Source: Anthoceros angustus | Taxonomy: Eukaryota; Plantae; Anthocerotophyta | NCBI GenBank assembly: GCA_010909165.1 | Contig: VJWM01000297.1 | Coordinates: 51,982 to 115,981 of the forward strand | Reading direction: 5' to 3' | Length of the DNA stretch: 64,000 nucleotides | Part shown: one piece after another, positions 24,261 to 35,745 of the stretch | How positions within the stretch are numbered: position 1 is the stretch's first letter | How the letters are laid out: every line of letters begins with the position of its first letter | The notes under the pieces: generated by a model | Databases searched by the model: none | Told to the model about the DNA's origin: nothing | The model's input: only the letters and a program-made list of their open reading frames with translations | Translations under genes and position numbers: made by a program

Positions 24261-24831
24261 TCCGGAGTATCCCCCAAGGGACCGTCTTCCCTAACCGGAC
24301 CCCCCCTTCCTTCATCCCCCTGCGCCGGGTCCCGACTTCCCCTCCCATGTTCTGCTCCGGGGTTCTCGCTTCCCCTCCCGATGTTGGGTGCGACGGACTT
24401 ACCTCTGGCCTTGTTGTCTCCGTCGCATCTCCCTCCTCCGGTTGTCCTTCCTCCTCTGGGTCCTCCCCACTGCTGCTCTCGTCACCAAACAGGGCTCCCA
24501 GATTCCCTGTGGCGGTGCTCTCTCCCAAGCCCTCGTCCCTCCAGACTTCCTCCGACTCCTCTGGCGGACCTTCGATTTCAGCAGCGTGATGTGCTGCCTC
24601 CATCGCCTTCAGGAGCTCTGCATGATAATACTCGAAGTTGGAGTCGACCTGCTGGATGGCCTCCTCCACATGGGCGCGAAGCACTCGATATTCTCGCCTC
24701 CAGAGGTTCTCCAGCAGCTGGGCGTGCCTGGTTGCTTGTTGTGCCGTCCCCATCGTGAGGTCATTCAGCCGGGTCCTGGCCGAGTTCGGTGAAGCCGCTA
24801 AGGCGCCTGTCGCGCAATGGCCCATGTGCAT
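24205..24831 (-). CDS. Family A accessory ORF (short helical domain + acidic tail leading into the 33-bp array)
   Basis: RAHVEEAIQQVDSNFEYYHAELLKAME shared with 14.9, 16.2 and 54.3 kb copies. Confidence 0.55.
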   Translation of the reverse strand: MHMGHCATGALAASPNSARTRLNDLTMGTAQQATRHAQLLENLWRREYRVLRAHVEEAIQQVDSNFEYYHAELLKAMEAAHHAAEIEGPPEESEEVWRDEGLGESTATGNLGALFGDESSSGEDPEEEGQPEEGDATETTRPEVSPSHPTSGGEARTPEQNMGGEVGTRRRGMKEGGVRLGKTVPWGILRTWTSRDQRERTPRSGLRR

Positions 24832-25055
24832 CTTGATCTAACTGCAGGATCACTCAACCGCAAAGAAGAAAATTAGTCCCCGCCTTGACCAAGAATCGCA
24901 AAGTTCCTGGCCTATGGCCAAGGAACAAGGACAAATAAAGGGAGGCATAAATAGCCTTCGGACCGCGAACAGCCCCCCTGGAAAATCTGGGGGTGAACAC
25001 CCATAGCTTTTCCACATCAAAATTGTCAGCTACAATCCAGCAGCTAAAACACAAC

Positions 25056-26306
25056 TTACCAAAGACCAAACCACCCTTTCTGCAGTCGCTTTGCAGGTGT
25101 GAGGCTAGGGGGAGGATCTGCGTCACTCTCTAAGTCCTCATCATCCGGCTCCTCGACAGGTTCGGGCTTGATCTCCTCAGGCTTGACTCCAAGTGCAGCA
25201 AATCTGTCAAAAATTGGACTCTGTCGCTGCAACCAGTCCTCCTGTTCTGGGTAGTCAAAAATAGGCTTGGGGCAATGAATTATCATGTGTGGTGCTGCAA
25301 GCTTTCGCAGCAACCGAAATGTCTTCCTGTCTGATGAATCCCATGTTGTTTGCTCAAGGTAGGGAATCTTCAGCTTATCTGTGACACGATAGAACTGCCT
25401 TGGCCATCCAACAACAGTGTGGCCCGTCTTGAGGTGATGGAAAAACAGTGGCCAGTCTTTCAAGTAAACTAAACTTTCTGGCACCCTGTCTTCCCACATG
25501 ATCAGCTCCTTGGGCAACCTCAAACCAGAAAATGTTTGGTGCATGAAGAAGTGATGTTGCAACTTACGCCAAGCACCTTCACAGTAGGCTATCCATGTCC
25601 AGGGCATGGCCTGGAGTCCTCTCCTCTGCAGCTCAAACAGATCACGGTGATCTGTGGGGTAGAACTCCACCCGACACCGCTCATGGTGTGTCTCTACATA
25701 CAGAAGGAACTCGCCGAGCTCCTTGAAGTTCACTGGAGGGATTCCCCTCTCAAGATTATACGCCCGCTGCAGAGAAAGATCCCACTTACATGCGCCCTCG
25801 TTATTCAAAAACTGAGGAATAGCGCGTGCTAGAGGGTGCTGCACCAGGTTGCCACACTTGCACACCTTAGGTGGCACTACCTCAAGAACAGCACCTGGAC
25901 GCTGTTCCATATGTAGCTCATAACTGTTGTGCATCCTAAGAGGGAAACCGACCTCGCCTCGATTCCGAGCCTGTGCCTCGGTACCGCTACTCCTCAGCCG
26001 CCACTTCACAACTGCTCCTCTGGTACGCCTGGGTTCTGGGGCATCTTCCCTGACCCGAGCTCGCTGTGCTTCTCGCCGTCCACGCTCAAAGCTGCGTTGG
26101 TTAGCCTCCATCTGCTCTTCAGCTGGCCGTTGCTTCCTGGGCCTTCCCCTCTTATGCTTGGGTTTGTCAGGCGCAAATATCACTGCACCTTCCTCGCTAA
26201 TTGGTGCTAGGGCTTGTGTGGTGTGCCTCTGCTTCCACATATGGTTCACCATCCGATCCATCCAACTTAGCCAAACTCTCCACACAGTCTGTAGGAGACC
26301 AAGCAC
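25056..26306 (-). CDS. 416-aa uncharacterised protein with AT-hook
   Basis: Open 1.25-kb frame; KHKRGRPRK AT-hook; Trp/aromatic-rich globular-looking region of ~230 aa; acidic C-terminus; true start may be a later ATG. Confidence 0.6.
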   Translation of the reverse strand: MLGLLQTVWRVWLSWMDRMVNHMWKQRHTTQALAPISEEGAVIFAPDKPKHKRGRPRKQRPAEEQMEANQRSFERGRREAQRARVREDAPEPRRTRGAVVKWRLRSSGTEAQARNRGEVGFPLRMHNSYELHMEQRPGAVLEVVPPKVCKCGNLVQHPLARAIPQFLNNEGACKWDLSLQRAYNLERGIPPVNFKELGEFLLYVETHHERCRVEFYPTDHRDLFELQRRGLQAMPWTWIAYCEGAWRKLQHHFFMHQTFSGLRLPKELIMWEDRVPESLVYLKDWPLFFHHLKTGHTVVGWPRQFYRVTDKLKIPYLEQTTWDSSDRKTFRLLRKLAAPHMIIHCPKPIFDYPEQEDWLQRQSPIFDRFAALGVKPEEIKPEPVEEPDDEDLESDADPPPSLTPAKRLQKGWFGLW

Positions 26307-27727
26307 TTGCTCTGTGACGGTCGAGCCCCCAGTTGGGGAAGACTCCTCTAGTTGCGGCGAAACTGGCCCTCTGGCGTCGTGCTTTCTTCCACACTGCTTG
26401 CCTTGGCATCACGGAATTCCACAGAGGCGGGCAACTCTGCAGTGCAATAGCGATTTGTGAAGAGCACTCTCCGAGAATAGCAGCCTCCTCGTGAGCTGCC
26501 TTGATGGCGCTTCTAGCCCTGGCAACAAGGAATTCTGCTGTCAAGAAATGCTCCGCACGAATTCTCCCTTTTTGCAACTCACACCTGTCATTCCTGCTCT
26601 CTTCTTCATGTACCCATTCCGACACGAGTTGAGCTGGAGTGTTACCCTCCAACTCCTGCTCAGGTACAGAAAGTACTTCTTCATCATTACTCTCAATAGA
26701 TAGAGCCATGGCTGCATGCAAACTTGTTGAATCATAGTGTTCACATAGCCAATCCCTTTCCGGGATATCCTCTAGTGCAGGTGTGAGACAAAAAATGTGA
26801 TAGCCTCTGTTGCACCTGTCACATAAGAGCATAAGCTCTTCATCCGTGGTGTAACCACATGCCTCACAGGGTAAGTCTGCTGGTGGCACCCACGTTCGAG
26901 GAACAATCCTCACATCAAGATTTGGCAAGTGATATGGAGCTAAATGTTTCATGTGCTCCTTGCACCTTCTGCCATCTCGTCCTTCGAGTTCCACTACTCC
27001 TTGCTCACCTACATTCACCACCCTGAGAATCAACATGCCCGTACTAACATCTAACATGCTAGCTGCTCTGTGTTGCAGGTAGACATAATCTCCTGGTGCG
27101 AACTTCCTGGCCTTGGGCTTCCATGAGCCCCCCCGCGTGTGAGCATACCTCAACTGGTCTGTGTGCTGTGCAATAGCAAGGTTGTCCATAGCCATGGGCA
27201 GAATCCTCTGGAATATTTTTGCTTTGGCTTGTATTTGATCTAAGCATGCATCCATATTCCTACTCCAGTCCACATGAGCTGAATACTTGTCCTACACCAC
27301 GTTGGGCAAAACTGCATTCTTTCCGAACAACAGAAAATAAGGACTGAAACTTCCCAAGGCTCCCTGCATACTGACTCCATAACCCAACACAATATAGGGA
27401 AGCAACTCATCCCAGCACTTGGGTTCCATAGTGATGCAGTACTTCCTGAGAGCATCCTTGAATGTCTGAACCAACCTCTCTGCTAAACCATCAGCTTGAG
27501 GATGATCCCGAGATGTCCTCCTGTAATCAATCAAACTTCTATCCAGCAACGTCTGCAATTCACCTCTGAATTCGTTGCCCTGATCAGTGAGCACCTCCGC
27601 ACAGCTCCCGAATCTGCTCAACACACACTGCAGAAAGGCTCTACTGGTGTAATGTGAGGTCCTCTAAGGCAGAACCGCTACCTCCACCCACTTGGAGAAG
27701 TGCTCAATCATCACCATACAGTGACGA
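26197..27727 (-). pseudogene. Ty3/gypsy integrase core and C-terminus fused to a PHD finger (stop at ~27665, frameshift at ~27280, 5' part replaced by LTR-B)
   Basis: MIEHFSKW, VLTDQGNEF, HPQADGLAERLVQTFK; then FAPGDYVYL and PHD CEAC..LLCDRCNRGYHIFCLTPALEDIPERDWLCEH. Confidence 0.9.
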
Positions 27728-28559
27728 TGTGGGAGGAAAACCCCGGGGCTTTCGAGATTCCCCCTCTAGCGGCCACACTTATCCCACTGTCGCTTTGTAC
27801 GTTGGGTTTCGTCCCATGAGACTTGTGTGAACGGTCGGATTCTGGGGAATCGATCACTGCTTGCAGCTACACACTACCTCAGCCTTCTAAACAAGCAAGG
27901 CGCCCACTACTCTCCCCCTTACAGTAGCTGCACCACCTGCACTGCTTCGAAAATTCACCAATCCTCGACCTACAACGACACCACACAATTGCAGGTCATG
28001 CAATCTTCTCCACTCAGGGAGCGCCCTCTTACTTGCAGATTTGGGATTCGTCCCTTAGGCTCTGCTTGTGGCCTTCCACTATTACCTACACTCTAATCCT
28101 CTACTCATCATTCCACTCATCATCTTCCTCGACGCTCAACTCATCTCCTCATCCTCCTCCTATTCTAACCTCAATTCAGGCTCACTGGCCTCGGCTCGCC
28201 CTTACGGCACAACTGCCTGGGGTCCGCCTACAAGCCAGCAAGTTCTTCCGTGGGCCAGTTGCTATGAGTTTGACACCAGACAGCGAGAATCTCCAGGGAG
28301 TCTTTCCGTGTAGTCTACTTGCGTAGATGACCTACTCACAAAGTCCCTACCCAGGATTTGGCATGAGACCCTCACAACATCCCTAAGTCTTCTTGATACC
28401 GCAAGTACCCCTTCACTGCATTCTTGAGGTGGCTTGAACTGAGCGGGACTAATGAACACATGACCGACCAAACTCACTCTCAAGCAATTCGCGCCATCCC
28501 TCATAAGACACATGACTTTTCACCTCACCCCTTCACGAGCATCACACATCTTCGCCACA
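27728..28559. repeat. LTR-like repeat family B (solo-LTR-like)
   Basis: TGTGG...CCACA termini; homologous to 59680-60300 (GGAAAACCCCGG, CCATGAGACTTGTGTGAA, GCTATGAGTTTGACACCA); no target-site duplication seen. Confidence 0.6.
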
Positions 28560-29414
28560 CCTGCCACACATACAAGCACGAGACAACACATTACCTCTCA
28601 TAGTTCTGCGTTCTCGCCCATATATAAATATTATATAAAAAATTAGCGGGTGACCGATGTGTAGAATGAGCGGACACGCCGCACACCACCTTGTTATATA
28701 GCGTTAAGCCGAACGCAATTACAAATAAGCATCATTGGTTATTGCGCGGGGACCCGGCCCGTTCTTAGTGTCGACCGGTCCGTATTTTACGCATCTTATT
28801 ATATATGTGGAGTCACTACGGGGTGGGGCACCGCGAGACTCAGCGCCGTGTGAAATGAACGGCTACACACGGCTGTGAAGTGCGCAGTACTACAATTTGA
28901 GGTCTTCTGCCGCTCCCAGCGCTGTGAGCTTGTCGTCTTCGATGTGGACGCCACATGCGCATGCTGGGAAGTCGGTGCTGGATGTCAACTGGACACAAAG
29001 CTGCAATATTATCTGTGTAGCCTTGAGCCCGCAGCAGACATGGATGAGCTCTCAGCACGGTGGATCATTCTCCAATAAGGAGAAGAAGCTGCAGACACCA
29101 CTTCTCCCGAATGTGTCATCATTTTGACCAGCGGGGAATGGAACCGTGACGAGTCAGACACGCACAGCATCTCCAGCCATGCTTTGACCATGAGATTCGT
29201 GGAGCGAAAATGTGACCACCAATTCCAGCGTCTTAGATATAGCAGATCAATATTCGCGACTTGAGCAAGAGGCCCCAGGAAGAATTGACTCATTTTCTAG
29301 GTATTAGGTTACTTGCACACCAGGCCATAACTCAGGCAAGGATCCAAATTGGGCCAGTTAGTGTCAGCATCGTGAAGAAATGGAAGTCTGTGGAGAGACA
29401 AGAAGCAGCATGGG

Positions 29415-30695
29415 TCAATGTACTATGCTATCCAAAGTAGGGAAGAACACTCCAATTTCATCGGAATAAGACTTGAAGTTATGGTCCACAAATGAAGAAA
29501 AACGAGGGAGCCACTGCCACGACCTCTGCTGAAAATCGTACACGAGAACAGCTGCGCTTGCTGATCCCCCACCTGTGAAGTACAACAAGTCCCCCTGTCC
29601 AATGCATCTAAACTCCTCAAAATTGACCTTTTGCAAAAACATCTTGCAAATCGATTTAGGCATTTTGTCCACCTCCACCCATTTCTCTTCATGTTCCTCG
29701 TCAAGCTCCCAGATGCGAATAGGCCCCTTAGAGTAGTGCAGACCTCGTTCCCAGCAGTTATCAATCCCTCCAACCATGAGGAGACGGCCATGGCGCTCCA
29801 CCAAGTGGGGCTCCACCACATACCTTGCACACAGTCCACGTAAAGACCAGAGCCATGAATGTGATACTCACCCGGCGATCCCACTACGTTACAAGCCAAG
29901 CCCATTAATGCCGCCAGCAAGCACCTCAGAGACGAGTTTAGGAGTAGAAGGTGAAGATTGTGCGGGTAGGTACCTGGGCACTGGAACTGGTAACTCCCCC
30001 CAAGTTGAGTTAGCGACATCGTATTGGATGACTCTGTTGGGCAACCTGGCCATTCCATACAGGTGGGTGCCATTCACAAACACGCCAAGCTCATCCTCGT
30101 AGCCAACAAGTCCACGGGGAAGTCTGCCACCGTATGTCCATCGGCCGGTGGCGGAGCTATAAATGTCTGTCATTCGATCCTCACAGAAGTTGCGGTCTGC
30201 AAGCACTATGGTGAATGTCCTGGAAACCTTGTCCACTGCCATGCCTGCCAGGAAAGGAGGACCCAAAGGACGCCGGTGCGGCAAGCACGGCAACTTGCAG
30301 AATGCTTTCCGACCATTGTAAATAGGGTTGCACACATAGAAGACAGAGCTATAAGAATCGATGGAGCAGAAGCAAAACAGCCCTCCTGCACTTGCGATTA
30401 GAGCGTACCTATCGTTGCTGGAGAGGAAAGGCATGAGAATCTGATGCCATCTACCCAGTGCGGGGTTGTAAGCAGCAACACCTTCACACCCTCCCACTAC
30501 AGAATGGAAGACGAACAAGGGCTGGCGAGGAGGGAGATGACTGCGCTCATGCAGGTGCAAGAAGCTGGGAGATATAATCAGTGTGTTCCAAGCTTTGCAG
30601 GTGCCTCGGAGCTGAAGTAGGTTCAAGACGGGAAGTTTGGCAAGAATCCTTTCGATAAGCTCATTCGGAAGGCGACTCCAAATCTTAGAGTCCAT
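29415..30695 (-). CDS. F-box protein with kelch-like beta-propeller C-terminus; reading-frame break at ~29820-29930 (intron or lesion)
   Basis: WSRLPNELIERILAKLP..LRGTCKAWN F-box; ASAGGLFCF, FYVCNP, GRLLMVGG, IWEL..W.EV.KMP, VLVYDF...W.WLP. Confidence 0.85.
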
Positions 30696-30702
30696 GTTCC
30701 AT

Positions 30703-30762
30703 AAGCCTGCTCAGGCACTTTGAAGCCTGCTCAGGCACTTTGAAGCCTGCTCAGGCACTTTG
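30703..30762. repeat. 20-bp tandem repeat x3 immediately upstream of the F-box ATG
   Basis: AAGCCTGCTCAGGCACTTTG x3. Confidence 0.95.
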
Positions 30763-31349
30763 CAACTGTGGCATCCGCAGATGCTAGCACACCACTCACC
30801 CTAATGCTGAAAACTGCAAGGACACCATCTCCTTTCAGCCACCAATAGTGCCAAATCCTGAACCAGGCGGGCAAGCATCAGAGGCACGCAGTCCTGCTCT
30901 GGCAAGATGGCACAATTCGGTCTCTCAGCATGCAGAGATCACAACACATGCCAGAGTCAAGAATGAAGAACCCAGAAGAATGTGTACTGGCAGTGGCACA
31001 AACAAGGCGGGAGATGGAAACACGGACAGGAAGAAATCCGACAACAGACATGCGAAGCCGAGGCCATGGGCGTAGGGCTATATACCTTCAAGGATGGGGC
31101 ACAGCCTGCAGGCAAGGCCCAGGAGATTGAGGAAGAGAGGAAATGAACGAAGAGATGCGGTGTGGAACGTACTTCCCGGAAGTCCAAAGCGAAGCACCTG
31201 CCCTTAAAGCGGCATGTGCCACCGCATCGCACCTCCAAGCTCGCTTTCCGTCTACGTACGTGGGTTGCCTGGACAGTTTAGCGTGCACCACTGGACAGGG
31301 AGGTCATCTGGAATCCCGTCCCGTCCCGCCCACGTACTGAACTGCGACA

Positions 31350-32330
31350 ATGGCGGCAGGCCCCAAGGTGGGTTTCGTCTCGGTAGTGTTGTCCGCTCTG
31401 CTGGTAGCGGTAACGGTGACGCACGGTACGCTGGCTTTCACAATTCCGGTGCGCTACGACGGATTTGTGCTGCGCCCACAGCGGGGTAACGTGGTGGTGC
31501 TGGAGAAATTCATCGACCCACTATGCCCCGATTGCAAGCAGTCGTGGCCCGTGGTGAAGCAGGTGATTGAGCGCTACGGCTCCGAGTTGCAATTCATCGG
31601 CCATCCGTTTGCGAATCCGTATGCCCTCCTCTCCTCCGCCTTCTCATTCCTTGTGCACACTGTTTTGTACTAGCTTACAGGCCTTCTTTTTTCACTCCAG
31701 ACTCCTGTGTGTTATGTCAGGTTTCACCATAACGCCTTCTTGGCTTCAAGGCTGTTGCACGCCGGCCAGACTGTCAATTCGTCGCTGGTGTATCCCTTGC
31801 TGGATCTCATCTACCAGAATCAGGTTTGGAATTGGCTTTCGGTGAGCAGTGTGCAAGCTCATACTGCCTTCCATCCTCAAGCGGTTTCACGGTGCCATTC
31901 TGCTTGACAGGATTCATTCTCGAATGACAACACGGCAAATGAAACTCCAGCCAATGTGGTAGAGCGACTTGTGGCATTGGCTGGTGAGCTTGGGGCTTCT
32001 GTAGACGAATTCCGAGCCGCCTTTGCGGATTCGGCAACAGATCAAGCGACCAGGATTTCTTTCAAGGTGAGCTTCTAACGTAAAGGAGCTTCGGTAGGTA
32101 CGCTGAATCAAACTGAACACTGATGGCCTTGGTTGTCTTTTCTGTCTTGACAGTATGGCTGCTCCAGAGTAGTAACTTCGACTCCAACGTTTTTGGTCAA
32201 TGGCGTGTTGGTGGATGGAGCTGATGAAAAATGGAGCTTCGAACAATGGGTCAAGGTGCTCGATGCTTTGGTTTACGGTCCCACAGCAGCTGCGGTAGAG
32301 ACCAGGGCAGGTGGCTTTGCACTGTCGTAG
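31350..32330 (+). CDS. Secreted thioredoxin-fold (DsbA-like) protein; exons 31350-31618, 31721-31823, 31911-32066, 32154-32330
   Basis: Signal peptide, FIDPLCPDCK CxxC, FHHNAF, TPTFLVNG; four GT-AG exons join in frame to TAG at 32330. Confidence 0.92.
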
Positions 32331-33099
32331 GGTTCTGATGCAGGTTAACCAAGCTCGTCCTTGCTCCTGGGCGAAGATAACACGCAAGGTGCAAGCACCT
32401 TGCTAAGGGTTCCAAGGTTTCCATTCAGCGGGCCATAACTTTTGTGAATATTTTGCTCTTGTACAGCAGTTCCACAACTCGGAGAAGGCAAATTAGGGTT
32501 AGAAGAACCCAAAAACCTAGATGGTCGAATTCATTTTTGGCGGCTGCAGACTAATAGTGTTACAACAAGAAGATCTGCTCGATGGGAGAAGAATGTCTTC
32601 CCAAGACCTAACCAGCAAGCCGCACGAACAGAGCCTTACACCTAACCAAAACTCCACCCATTCAATAAAAAAAGTGGAGAAAGGAGTTTCGGTCATGTTT
32701 CCTACGTAGGATCAGGTTTTGATACCAGCGGAAGGCTGGATCAGGCGTGCCAGCGAGGTTCTCTGAGGATGACGACTGGTTCTAAGCAGGAAATGGACGC
32801 TATTTCTCCTTGAACTTCCTGCAAATTAATGTTGCCCATTAGTTAGTATAATAAATCCGTTGGTAAGGAGAGCGAAACTTGTTCCAACCATAAGAACAAA
32901 ACATCTTACTTTCGCCAGAGCCGAGACTTGGAAGCAGACCTCAAAGCAGTTAAGAAAATTCGTCAGACTGTCTGATGAATACCACAAGACATGAATCAAG
33001 TTAGCGTCTACATTAGGGCAGGGAGGGCCTCCTCTCAGCATTCAAGAATGCAAGGTGCAGCAATCCAGAACAAACCTGGTCATGGTCCAGAAGGTCGGG

Positions 33100-35745
33100 C
33101 TATTGACTCCGTCTCGGAGAGTCATCTGTAGATTTCGCACCCGCTTTTGGTGATTTTGTGGACTCTGCTGATCCAGGAGTGGCCTTGTCCCCGGCAACTG
33201 CATCCCTAGTATCTCTAGTCGCCCGTGTTTTGTCCGTTGCAGCACTTCCAGGTACTGCTGCGCTGCTACTCACAACTACAGATTGTTCGGGCCGCTGCCT
33301 TTCAGCTGAGCTGCTCATCAGTCCAGCAGCAGGAGCTCCCTGAGCTCCCACTGTGGGAGGTCTAGGACCATTGCTAGAGATGGCAGTGGCTAGCGAAATT
33401 GGCATCAAACAGAGTCCCTTGCTCTGCAAAAACTGCATGGCCATGCCCATGTCTTTTTCCATATAATGTGCTACCTCCCGTTCTGTTAATGCAAGCCCCT
33501 CCGAAGGCGGGCCCGAGGCTCCGGCACTACGGCCAATACTTGCGGCCACAAAAGTGCTAGGCCCCTGATAAAAATGAGCCAACTGTTAGTCAAACTGGAA
33601 CGGCCCGGCTCGCAATCCATCACGAAGGAGCCCATGTAATTTTACAACTACCTCGGAGGGAAGATCAGCGACAAGAGGAGCCACAGCACCGGCTCCACCC
33701 AATCTACTCATGCTCAGTACCTGCACAAGTGGAAAACGATCATCCCACGAAAACCCACCACCTCACTCAATCAAAGCAGTCGAGTTCAATGTCATATAAG
33801 TACCTTCACTTGAAGCTGAAGAAACTTGACATAGTCTATTATCTCGTCCAGCATCGAGGCCTTATCAGTCTGCAACACATGGAAGACAAGATGTGAAGGA
33901 CGACCCTCATCGTTTCTACTCAAGCAAAACTCAAAACCAACCGTACCAAAAACAACACAATCCGAGTTCCAAGTTGTACCTTGTTGGAGTTGGGCACGAG
34001 CTCTTGCAGGGCTTTCATTCTTTCAGCTATCCTTTCTCTGCGGAGCTGATCACGAACAAGACATACTTCAAGCACTTTCCTCAAACCTCCCTAGATCAAA
34101 GCACGACCCACGAAGCTAAAGAGGAAATGACTCATTGACGGCAGAGCAGCATACCCGCTCTGCAATACTGTGCGGATCCGTAGCTTGCCCCCGCCGTGCC
34201 CGAACCCGAGGTCTCGCAACTGCCGGAACACCCGGCGCTGAGGACTGGTGCGGAGCAGGGCCAGGTTGGGCTCCATAAATTGGGCTCCCTTGACCTTGGG
34301 AAGGTGCATTAAGCCCCTGCGTAATATTGAAAACGGGTGCACGCCAATGAGAGATGGATACAGAGAAGAGCTCGTTGCTGGGAACGGAATGCACAAATCC
34401 AATGCACACAGACCTGCTGATGTGTGGGTTGGCCCGCTATTCTGACCAGCGACGCCTGTCCCCCTAACTGAAAAGCGGAGTAGGGACCTGACGGCCCTTC
34501 TCGTCCCTGCACGCATTGGACCACATTCAAAACCGGACGCAAATTTCGGGGGCTGTACTGGTCAGACACAGCTCCACAACACACGGGCGGCGCTGTCGGG
34601 CATTCAAAGCTGCTGCTTACCGTGCCTCCAGCGCGGTTTTCCCTCGACATTTCCTCCTCATCCCGGCTTCGCTTTCCGAGAAGAACTTCGCTGTTTCCGG
34701 CTTCCGCTCCTTTACCTTGGCCCAAGGTCATGGGGAGAGGGGGAACTCCGCCCACATAGGGTTGCCGCCATGTGGGAGCGATGGGAGGAGGTGAGTGATC
34801 CCGAGGAGGCTGCTGCTGCCCTGCTGGGGAGCCTTCGCTGCCGCTGCTTCCGACAGAGGGGGATCTCTGAAGCCTTGCGGGACCTGGCGCCAGAGCTGCG
34901 AGACGTGGGGCACACGTTAGGTCTGTGAGGACAGAGCAGGGACGAGAAGGCAGTAAAAGATTGTGGACAGCTTGTGAGAAGCTTCCAGGAACGAAGATAA
35001 ACGTACGTGGTCTACCTGAAAGATCTTGGAGTCCATGCTGTTGTGGAATGCGAGACAGCATCATCGGGTCATCCGTTGAGTAGAGTAAACTTTCCCCTGT
35101 CCTGGGATTGTCAGGGCCGTCGTGCAGATCGCCTCGGAGTGCGGAAAGTTGGTGCGCCCCGTGCGAGCCGTCTGGGACTCCTACTCCAGGGGGCATGAGA
35201 GACATGGTGAAGAGCTTGTGTGCTCCCATGGAGCCCATGTCCATCCCCGTCCCCGTTGCCCCCGCATTGTAATCCCAGGCCACATTGCGGGTGGCGCCCA
35301 TGTCGGACCAAGGGGGGAAGGAGAACATCTGATCCAAGAACTCGTCCATTACAGGAGGAGGATGCTCCAGTTGCTCGTAGTGCAGCGACTGGTGCTGTGG
35401 CTGGTGCATCATCCCCGCCATGCCGCCGGTGCCAATTGCTCCCATGTGGACCCCCGCAAGAGCAGATCGGAGTCCTCCGACTGCACCTGGAATTGGAAGC
35501 CGTGTTCCCAACACAGAACCCTGCTGCATATCACCGGGGAATCGGGGCAAATCTGCCTGCTGTTGCCAGCCTTGGGAGGCCAATGCACTGAGCGTAGCCT
35601 GCACAGAAGCTAGATTCGGGAAGGATGACAGCAGCGGGGAAGAAGAGTGGGTGTGACCACTGGGGTCATCTTCATACTGCTGCTGCTGCTGCTGCTGTCT
35701 CCCTTGTTCTCCCCTGTCGTAGCCGGTCGCCAAGCCTGCAGGCAA
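33100..35745 (-). CDS. LRL: LRL (ROOTHAIRLESS1-LIKE) bHLH transcription factor, multi-exon
   Basis: [20 protein letters not shown]|[22 protein letters not shown]|[22 protein letters not shown]|[23 protein letters not shown] and LRL domain [29 protein letters not shown]; start codon uncertain. Confidence 0.95.

Noticed and set aside
28740-28775. Possible Helitron 3' hairpin
   Set aside because: Weak stem, no CTRR terminus, no matching 5' end or Rep/helicase.
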